From positions 1-64,000 of the forward strand of contig JALMLS010000387.1 in NCBI GenBank assembly GCA_038496445.1: a stretch of 64,000 nt of DNA, read 5' to 3'. This document shows positions 55,124 through 64,000 of the stretch, piece by piece. The notes below the pieces were generated by a model. The model did no database searches. It was not told the origin of the DNA and was given only the letters and a program-made list of their open reading frames with translations. Origin of the DNA: Trichosphaerium sp. ATCC 40318. Its lineage: Eukaryota; Protista; Tubulinea. Made by a program: the position numbers and the translations under genes. Numbering within the stretch: position 1 is the stretch's first letter; each line of letters opens with the position of its first letter.

Positions 55124-56338
55124 TTATCTGTGATTTGGTTGCAGTCTTTTTAGATCAATTTTTCTAACACCAATAAGACTGTTAACTCCTTTGTCAGATA
55201 TCAATTTACAACCACAAAGGCTTATGCATTTAACACCAACCAAGTATTGTAAACCTTTATCTGTCACAAGTGTATCATCAAGAAATATTGTATGCACCCC
55301 AGCAAGTGCTTTTAAAGTACTATCGTCAACACAATCTATATCTGAAATATCAATTACTTTTACTCCTGCCAATTGTTTTATCACATCATTTGTAACTGAC
55401 TTACAACCAGCAAAGTCAATATGATGTACACCTGCAAAACATGACAGAGTATCACTTTGTAGTTGTATACAATTGTAAAGCTCTATCCAAGGTATACCAG
55501 CCAAAAGGTTAAACGTGTTGTTTGATATTTGAGTGCAGTGGCTGAGACTAATTTTTTTGATGTTCTTTGTGATTTGATTTTGTGTTAACAAATACTTTAC
55601 TCCTTCATCAGTAATGCCTGTACAGCTATCAAATGATATTTCACATGCTGTTGTTGTTAACGCTTTTATACCATCATCTGTAATATCACATCCACCAACA
55701 TGAATCTTGTAAACGCCATCTGAAATGGCAATAACACCTTTGTCTCTTATATTGTTACAGCAATGTAAATTAATAGAGTGTACTCCAGAGAGTGCTGCAA
55801 GTCCACTGTCCGTTATACCAGTCCCTGAAAGGTTGATTGTATGAATACCAGCTAGTTGTTGAAGCCACTCATCAGAACAATATGCCCATGATAAGTCTAG
55901 TGTGTGAATGCCATGAAGTGATTTAATTCCCAAACTTGTCACCTTTCTACTATATTCCAGTATAGATAGTTTCAAATGATGTACACCTGAAATATGGCCT
56001 AACATAACATCTGTTACTGGCATTCGAGAACCTATTTCAAGGTGATAGACACCAGAGATACTTTTAAAGTCATCAGCAATTGTATTAATACCATCTATAA
56101 CTATTTTTGTATTTTTTAAAAGAGGGCTTTTGTTCAGTTTGAGCAGATCCTCTCTTGACTTCACGTTCACCGTGAAAAACCCTAAATGTTCCAAAATGAT
56201 TGTAGAAAACAGTTTACATACAAATGTCGCAGATATACGGCATTTCTTGCCCAATAGCACCAGAATACAAAATATAAGTTCTGTAGGCAGCCAAAGCAAT
56301 TCAAATGGCCTGTGAATGTGTCTTAGACGATATTTCAT
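55124..56338 (-). CDS. F-box + LRR (GVHTI-type) protein
   Basis: LLWLPTELIFCIL...ATFVCKLF plus about 14 LRRs. Intronless. Confidence 0.9.
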   Translation of the reverse strand: MKYRLRHIHRPFELLWLPTELIFCILVLLGKKCRISATFVCKLFSTIILEHLGFFTVNVKSREDLLKLNKSPLLKNTKIVIDGINTIADDFKSISGVYHLEIGSRMPVTDVMLGHISGVHHLKLSILEYSRKVTSLGIKSLHGIHTLDLSWAYCSDEWLQQLAGIHTINLSGTGITDSGLAALSGVHSINLHCCNNIRDKGVIAISDGVYKIHVGGCDITDDGIKALTTTACEISFDSCTGITDEGVKYLLTQNQITKNIKKISLSHCTQISNNTFNLLAGIPWIELYNCIQLQSDTLSCFAGVHHIDFAGCKSVTNDVIKQLAGVKVIDISDIDCVDDSTLKALAGVHTIFLDDTLVTDKGLQYLVGVKCISLCGCKLISDKGVNSLIGVRKIDLKRLQPNHR

Positions 56339-56576
56339 TTTTAGGGTAACAAGTGAGATTCTGTCCTATTATTGTTCAAAAACGTACGTAGCAAGATCTG
56401 CAGAAGTACGAAGCATGTTCACTACGGGTTCAGTTAGTATTTTTTGTCAATTAAAAAGTAGACTTATTCCCAAAAAATTATCACGTGGCTACCTCTGATT
56501 GCGCTAAGTCAGTATACAAAACTATGAACTCAATTTCCACGTGACTAACGATTGCGTCAAACTACTGTTGGTTGTT

Positions 56577-57323
56577 ATGTCTGAAGTGGACGTATTCGGT
56601 TATGTACCGCCAGAGATACTCCAAGAAATATTAAAAGAAGTGGCGTTAACAAGCTTGGAAACCCTTAGCGATTGTTTGGTTGTATCTCATGCTTTTCGGT
56701 CTATAATTCTCTCAAAACGCATTATAGTACAAGCACTAACACATTACATACAGTTATGGGAAATTGAGGAGGAACCAGATATTACAAATCGTTATGGACA
56801 ACTCGAAGACAACTTTCAACATAATTTGATACGTACATCATCTCAATAGCATAAGAAGTTCACAGTTTTGATGCCCTCTGAAACATGGCTTCTTCTAGAC
56901 CCCAAAACATGCTCTAATGACATTAATGATTGCCAACAGAGGCTTTTCACATTGTTGTCGTTGAAGGAGTACTTGTTATTTGAACATACAATACATTTTA
57001 ATGGATTCTTTGAAGTTACTGGCTTTTTACATACCCACAACCATAAAAAAGTAGGAAAAAACAAAGATGAGTGTCCTCCATCCGGAGAGGACTTTTTGAA
57101 GCTTATTGGTATGAAAGAAGTAGAAAAACATTCAACCCCACCAATCGCAGATGTAAAGAACTTAGATTCATTTGGATTTGGATGTAACTTTAATGATATC
57201 AGTATAAAGGATACTCACTACGTTGCTACTGTTATTAACTATAATACTATTATCTTGGTTTTTGTTGGTTATAACAGGTTTGGTTATTTAGCAGGTGCTG
57301 CAGTCTTCAGATATGATCTTTAA
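56577..57323 (+). pseudogene. F-box protein with unknown C-terminal domain, in-frame TAG at 56847-56849
   Basis: FGYVPPEILQEIL...DCLVVSHAFR. ORFs 56541-56849 and 56868-57323 are in the same frame, separated by one stop. Confidence 0.65.
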
Positions 57324-58487
57324 GTTATCAACTCCAAAAATAAAACGTTTACATTTTGGAGTACACCAAAAAATACATTTGCATAATTACACTATCCTTA
57401 ATGGCGATAACAATGAAGGATACAATTAATCTACAGCAAGCAGGTATTTTTGCAAAACGTTATAATAAAACTCCTTTATTGAGAATGAACTACAATAGGC
57501 CCAGAAAAGTTCCAATTGACCGCTTGTGCTTTTGTCTTTTTTGCATCTTGCAATATCTTCTATATAATAAAGTGATATAATGCGGTTAATACGTTGAGCC
57601 ATGATTTTAGCTTTGGGTCTAATAACCTTGAAAGTACTAGTTATCTTCTCTCTTGTTCCCTCCACGACCCATTCCTATACCTCGCAGAATGACTTTGTAT
57701 GTGTTACTCCCGACCATACTCATTAATACATTTTTCTATAACTTCTCCCAATAACTCTCTCTACGTGTGTGTTTAACCATTCCTCATCTTCCATTAGCGA
57801 ATCTATATTCCACCTGCTTGGAGTTTACAGTACATGGCTTGTGCCGAAAAGCGTTCTAAAAATAATGTTTTTTTCTGAAATCAGATTAATGGGTAAAAAT
57901 TAATCTTACGCATTTCCCTTCAATATCTGGGTACTTACAAACTTATCCAAAACTGTGTGTACTTAACATCAATGACTAAGTTGACCTATAATTAGCACTA
58001 AATAAACACAAATCCGGCACCATTACAAGGTACACATAATATGAAGATTTGTTTAATCCTTACCGTGTGTTTAGATATTCTAGCGCTGTCAAATGAGTTC
58101 AAAACCAATTACCGGCTCCCTCAAAAGCAATAAAGAGAGCACCAATGAGTACGTTAACCTTGTTAGTGTGATCTAAACGTTAAATACGCTGAGATTACCA
58201 AATTTACAGCAAAATGCGTGAATCAAGTTTATTTCGGTTTTTGAGCACGTGTAAAACCGCAAACACGTTTTTTTTCGAAAAATTACGGAGTTGACCAGTA
58301 GAGTGATAAAAAATGTCAGAGTACAATCGCAGTGTTGAGCTCTTTTTGTTCATCACTGTGAGCATGTAGCTCCTTTTAATAAGTAAAATATGGATTCAAA
58401 TTCTCACCACTTTATTTAAGTCGTTCAGAGACAGAAAAAGTCATAGCTTCTGGTTCAAACCAAGAGTGTTGCGATGAGCAAGCCAGC

Positions 58488-59363
58488 ATGCCAACAGAGA
58501 GCACAAAATCCAGTACTGATAAAAATCAAGTGTCCAAAACCTGCAACGTTCCCAGCAGAATCACAATTTTATCGAGTGAAGATTGTGTGAATTATTCAGG
58601 AAGTCCTCTTCTTCGCCAGTCAGAAATCTCATTGGAAGAATTTCCAGATGCAACAGATGAAGATCTCGCTCTTCTCTCTGGTGTTAAACGCTTGACACTG
58701 TGCAAAAATAACAAAATAACGAGTACAGGACTCAGTGCAGTGTGTGGAGTAGAATATCTTAATTTGTGGTATTGTCCAAATGTTACTGATTCAGGCATAT
58801 TCGCAATAGTAAAGCACCTCAAATTAATTAGCATGGTGGGTACAAGCGTTACAGACAAGGGCGTGAAAGCGTTTAAGGGAATAGCAACAGTTGGTCTACC
58901 ACACTCCAAGTTAAGCGGAGATACTTTCTCAGCCTTGTCTGGTGTTTCTTATCTTGATCTATATTCTGCTCACCTCAATAACAATGGCGGAATCTCAGCA
59001 CTGACTGGAATACATACCGTTGATTTAACCAGAGCAACATTTACAGATGAATGTGTCGCAGCGCTAGCTGGAGTACATACCATTAACTTACAAGATACGA
59101 TGGTTACAGACAAAGGTGTAGCGGCTTTAAAGGGCGTACACACTATCAGTCTCAAATTTTGTAAACGTATCAATGGATCTTGTATGAAAAGTCTTGCGAA
59201 TGCTCACACTATTAACATTTCACGAACAAATGCAAGAGATGATTGGATCCTTCCACTTACCGGTGTACACTTGTTAATAATGAACTATTGTCTAGACGTG
59301 TCTTTTGAAGCTATGCAAACAGTTAGAAACTATGGAGGAGAAATAGAATGTTGCTATGGATAG
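58488..59363 (+). CDS. LRR (GVHTI-type) protein lacking a recognisable F-box
   Basis: Repeats such as LAGVHTINLQDTMVTDKGVAALKGVHTISL. Intronless. Confidence 0.85.
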   Translation: MPTESTKSSTDKNQVSKTCNVPSRITILSSEDCVNYSGSPLLRQSEISLEEFPDATDEDLALLSGVKRLTLCKNNKITSTGLSAVCGVEYLNLWYCPNVTDSGIFAIVKHLKLISMVGTSVTDKGVKAFKGIATVGLPHSKLSGDTFSALSGVSYLDLYSAHLNNNGGISALTGIHTVDLTRATFTDECVAALAGVHTINLQDTMVTDKGVAALKGVHTISLKFCKRINGSCMKSLANAHTINISRTNARDDWILPLTGVHLLIMNYCLDVSFEAMQTVRNYGGEIECCYG

Positions 59364-59994
59364 GCTGAGTTGTAACATCTCCACTTTTAGAAAAAAATTT
59401 GCATATAGTAATTACAGTCCAAGTCTAACCTACCAACTATTTCGACAAGAAACTAATAAACAATCACTTTCAAATAGTAACCTTTAGTATGTTTGAGATA
59501 AACAAAAGGAGGCTCTTTTTTTTTTGTTAAAGGTGTATTGTACAAGTGAATACATAACCATTCACTTCCTGTGGGTGAGAGATAAACAAGTGAACACGTG
59601 TTTGGCCTTAATCGGTACAAACCAAAGAGACCAACCAATCCAGACGTGCTAACCCCTTTGTAAGAAAGATGATGGGTAATAGGTTTGTCATCGCGTCCTT
59701 GCTTTTTAGGCCTAGCTTGCTGCAATAGCTTTGTTGAGCCTTTACTCCATTTTTTTTTCATGAATTTTAGTGCAAATCCAATGTTTTTGTTTATTGTCTA
59801 GCTTACGTTTTTTAGTTGCTGCACGTGTTGAAGTTGCGTTCTTCTGCTTTCGCGCAATTTTTCTTTTGTTTTTGCTCGTAGGAGGCCTCTCATGTGAGAT
59901 AGTTTTTGAGTCGTTTTGATGAAGTTTTACTCGTCCTAATTTTTTTTTACTAGCCCGAACGAACTTAAATAAGTAAGCCCAACAACAAAGCAAA

Positions 59995-60874
59995 ATGTCA
60001 GTCAAACGTCCTACCTCAGGCGTAGCTATTTCATCACAATCCTTGTTGTCAATACCTGTTGAGGTTCTTTTGATTATTATCGTGAGAAATGGCATTTCAT
60101 GGCAAGATTTGGCTTCGTTACAACAATCAAACCATTTTCTGGACGATATGATACGAAACAACTCAGATTATATTTATCGAGGCTTGTACCATCGTAAATG
60201 GGGTAAGGGCGCTGAAGAAATAGAGTCTGCTATCCACGTGATTATTCAGAAAAATTTAATGAAGTAAACCCATAGCACCACCTACTGCATACAAATTAGA
60301 ACCAATCACGTGGAAAGAAAAGTACAAAAACAAACTTGTTCCAAACATCATTGCTGAATTGACTTGTGATAAAACACGTGTACATAACGGTGATACTATA
60401 TTATTCACACTCAAACTAGAAAATGTTGGTAACAAATCAGAGACCATACAATCCAGAGGTATTGAAGGAGGTCATGGTTTATATGTATGGAATCCTAGAG
60501 TATCAGTTTCTTCTTCATATTTAGGTAATTATAGAACCATTAACTTTAGTGTTCCAAGCCTACATTACTTAGATATTATACTCAATCCAGGAGATGTACA
60601 AACATACACAGAACCTTTTCGTTTTGGTATATCACATCCATGCACAAACATTTTCTTCTCTAAGTCACAAGATGATAAACCTTCGGAAATGTTATCTCTT
60701 CATAGTAAAAGCTTAGAAGTACGTGTTGCTGATTCTTCAACACCACATGTATTTCAGCTTCAAGCGTTTTTTAAACTTAACATTGTAAAGAAAAAACGTG
60801 AGGAGATGTCAGGCCATTGTTCTTATCTTAGTAGTAGTATTGTAAATCTTACCATGTACAAGCAAAAACAATAA
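59995..60874 (+). pseudogene. Frameshifted paralog of the 23974-24867 F-box-like gene
   Basis: Near-identical 5' half; gaagtataaacc becomes gaagtaaacc (2-nt loss at about 60265), creating TAA. Confidence 0.8.
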
Positions 60875-60917
60875 ACTAGATGCCCAACCAACTTGAAAAT
60901 GTTTTTTGATGACTGAT

Positions 60918-61704
60918 TTATTTGTAAAAAGCATGTTTGCGTATTTGTCCATCACATGCCCACTCCCTGTACCATCCGTCCAACATGCCATTTTTAGAAT
61001 AAAAGCAATGTTTGTGTAGTACGTTATTATAGTGCCACTCCATGTACTCACCTGTCAAGCAACCTTTGTTGTAAAAGCAGTGAAGTACTAAATCACTGTC
61101 ACGCCACTTTTTGTATTCTCCGTTTAATTCACCTTGTGAATAAAAGCAACGTTGGAGCAATGTATCTGTACCGCCCATCCACTCCTTATACTCACCATCT
61201 TTTTTGCCGTTTGAGTATATGCATTGTTCAAGTGGTAAACCAGATTCATGCCATTTATTGTACTCTCCAACCAATCGGCCTTTAACATAAAAACAAATCA
61301 AAAACAGTTTGCCGTTGTCATACCATTCTTTGTACTCTTTGCTTAACTTGTCTCTGGCATACGAACAATGTACTTTCAATTGTCCGTTTCTTAACCAGTG
61401 CTTGTGAACGCCATGACGTTTGCCATGTTTCCAAGAACATTTACGGAGAAGCTTCCGCGTGTTGTTTTGACAATGAAGTTGTTTCATCACACACCATGCT
61501 TTCTGAGCTTAGAATCAAACCTTGTCGTCATCGCCATGTGTTTTGATAACAATGGCCATTTATAAAAAATGTCAGCGGCTAAATCAGTAATACAAAGGTG
61601 TAGCTCCACTGGGAGGTTGTGCAGGTGACTAAAATCAATGCTGTCCTTATGTATCTACTATCACGTTATAAAAATAAAAGATACACGTGTACTACCTTTT
61701 CCAT
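60918..61704 (-). pseudogene. F-box + MORN-variant repeat protein, apparent frameshift near 61510
   Basis: Repeats GEYKEWYDNGKL...CFY in ORF 60918-61490. Upstream LHNLPVELHLCI (F-box) is in another frame; probable short 5' intron after MEK. Confidence 0.7.
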
Positions 61705-62057
61705 TGTTGCGAAAGTGGTATAGTTTAATGATTTTATTCGTTCTCATTTCAATGATTTGTAACGCGCAATAAGCTTGGCTAAGTTTGTCGTCACTAACCA
61801 AAGGAGTATCTATTTACGATACTTTCCGTTAAAACATACGCCTGAAAGGTTGTTCACAAATATCGCTCTAAAACTCAGGCGCTTTTACAGTTCATTGAGA
61901 CTAAATTTCGGAAAGCATTTTTTACCGTAACTTTATTCACTTATTCAATGCTCTAATTTTACATACTCTCAGCCGGTAAACTTTTATTGCGAAAGGAATA
62001 AAAAATCGTTTCGCTACTGCATTTGTAGCCTATCAAAAAAATAAGCAAAAGGATATT

Positions 62058-62129
62058 AGGCTCCACCCGGAGTCGAACCGGGGTCACATGTACCAAAAAC
62101 ACGTATGATAACCGTTACACCATGGAGCC
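62058..62129 (-). tRNA. tRNA-Gln(TTG), divergent isodecoder
   Basis: GGCTCCATGGTGTAACGGTTATCATACGTGTTTTTGGTACATGTGACCCCGGTTCGACTCCGGGTGGAGCCT; arm CGTGT-TTTTGGT-ACATG. Confidence 0.88.
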
Positions 62130-62533
62130 ATTTGTTGATATGCACTAGCTGAGACGCAATACCGATCGAAAAAATATCCCAAAAGCATAGCATTTATGCA
62201 GTAGTTTAACGCTGCGAATTAGCTATTTGACGCACGCATTATACCCACGGCAATCCTCACGTTGTGATACGCTTGTTATACGCTTGTTATACCTCATGTC
62301 GCTTGTAAAGTTGCCTAATAACTAATTTAATTGTAGGTACGTTAAAATAGGGTCCATTTGCTTGGTATCACGATCTGGCATTTCGCTCTACCATCGCAAA
62401 AATTTTACGAAACACGCTATAACTACTTCGACTGACATTATACTATGTTTCTGTACGTTAATTGTGAACTAGGACTTTTTTTGAATGCGGTTGGTATTTA
62501 TTGTTGACGACAAAAGAACGTTTGAGTTACAGC

Positions 62534-63916
62534 TTATTCGTTTAGTAGGTCATCATCACAGATAGAAGGTTGGGTAGTCTCAGGACCTAAAACAATACCA
62601 TCCACGATATTGTTGATGAACACACCATACTGATGGTGAGCATTTGCAGCGGTCATGCCTTCGGTGGATAATACAGGCATAGTAGGAAGGGTAAATGTCC
62701 CGAAAGGCATATCAAGCGTCATTGGATCATGAAATTGCTCTACATCCATACCAATAGTGAGAATATCGACAACGAAATCCTCTTCATCTGGGAGAGTAGG
62801 TGCAACAAGGTCATCATCACTGTTTACAACTACAAAGGTAGTCAGTAAAATAAAAAACAAAAAAAAACAAGATTGCAAAAAAAAAAAAAAAATTCGTACC
62901 AAAAGGCATAGGAGGTTGTTGATTGGTGTTGTTGACGACTGGTAAAGATGGTAGTACCAAAGCTTCAGCGACAAAGCTTTCAACGTTTTGAGTGCACGTT
63001 GGAGGGTTTGGTGAAGCCTGAGCGCAGACGGAAGGAGGAACGTGAACCTTTGGTTCTTCTTTCACTTCGTTGATAGTACTTGGACTGTTGGCAGGCGTCC
63101 CGGAGACTGTTGGAAATAGCACAGTTGCTGGAGCGCAGGTTGGCTTCTTTACACGCTTGCAAGGTTTCGTAGTGGTGCGTGGAGCATCTTCTCGTTTGCG
63201 TCTTGCCCTACGGGCGACTGTAGGACGAAGGTTGTTGGCGGCAATCCATTCTTTTAAATCCTTACTACGGCGGTTCCTATTGTTGTTGAACCAAGTCTTG
63301 ACTCTTTCCCAGGTGATGTTGCAGAAGAAACCAAGGCGTTGTCTTTCGGCGAAGCTTGGGTATGGATCCTAATGATTGCAATGAGTACGAGAAGGCACAA
63401 AGACAAAAAAAACAAAGCGAAAAAGAAGAAAAAAATACTGAAACGTACTGTAGCGTGTTGAAAGAGCCAGTTTGTTAGGATGAGTGTAGCACGGTGAGAG
63501 AGAGTTTTAGAGGCAGCAGGGAGAGAAGCTACATTGTTGACCTCGTTTTGAATCATGGTGTACAGCCTGCTTTGTAGAAGAAGTCTCATCTGATTGAACT
63601 TTACGTCAAGTTGTTTGAGGTGGTTGTTCGTTTGTTGTTGAGTAAGAAACTCTGAAAGAGGTTCCTGAGAGGCTTCAAGCTTAAGGAGATGTACTTTCTC
63701 CTTGATGAACTTTTCAAGCTTGGCAAGCCTTGCCGTGTATTGAGTGAACATAAATGCAGCTTTCTCTTTGATGAGTTGAGAATCGAGAGCACTTCCAAAT
63801 CTTTCAAAAACAGCTTTTTGAGTTAACGGAGGTATGATTGATTCCATGAGACTCATATTACTAAGTTCTTTGTTTAATGCTTCCATAGGCGTATTTGGTA
63901 GGGCTTTGACTTCCAT
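62534..63916 (-). CDS. TALE-class homeobox transcription factor
   Basis: LSHRATLILTNWLFQHAT|DPYPSFAERQRLGFFCNITWERVKTWFNNNRNRR shows the PYP three-residue extension and WFxN. Helical N-terminal region, acidic C-terminus, two introns. Confidence 0.88.
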
Positions 63917-64000
63917 GTTCGAGTTCTATTGAGGAGAGGAGTTGTTATCCGTGTGTAGCTTTGATAGAATAGTTTTTAGGCACAAAAACTTCAAAGATTT

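Noticed and set aside
57426-57800. Possible chromodomain-like peptide on the minus strand
   Set aside because: Multiple stops and weak similarity; not supportable.
51899-61704. Complete endogenous giant-virus or virophage insertion
   Set aside because: No viral hallmark genes (capsid, PolB, packaging ATPase, integrase) and no boundary repeats are visible; only shared repeat families.

Overview
AT-rich (roughly 35% GC by eye) eukaryotic nuclear DNA with the standard genetic code and many short (about 35-50 nt) spliceosomal introns. It is most likely an amoeboid protist (Amoebozoa-like), inferred from a Clu-domain/TPR gene and the style of its type-I surface proteins. Housekeeping and other recognisable genes: Sec23, a Ras-family GTPase, a flavin amine oxidase, a PTGR/CurA-type reductase, a GH43 hydrolase, a very divergent beta-tubulin, a TALE homeobox gene, an EGF-7TM receptor and six tRNA genes. 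Most unusual signals: (1) a 1.13-kb decayed DNA transposon with a piggyBac-type DDD transposase but GGG-terminal inverted repeats and an apparent 3-bp (TAA) duplication instead of TTAA; (2) the palindrome CACGTG about once per kb, roughly 10x above expectation; (3) a fast-turnover island of mostly intronless F-box genes (LRR, MORN, Ig-like) with hypervariable binding positions and many pseudogenes; (4) long introns that repeatedly fold into hairpins; (5) two inverted dicistronic tRNA-His/tRNA-Gln units flanking an orphan gene, with a U73 tRNA-His; (6) a small non-RPB1 protein carrying Pol II CTD-like heptads. All gene models were spliced by eye, so exon boundaries and counts are approximate.
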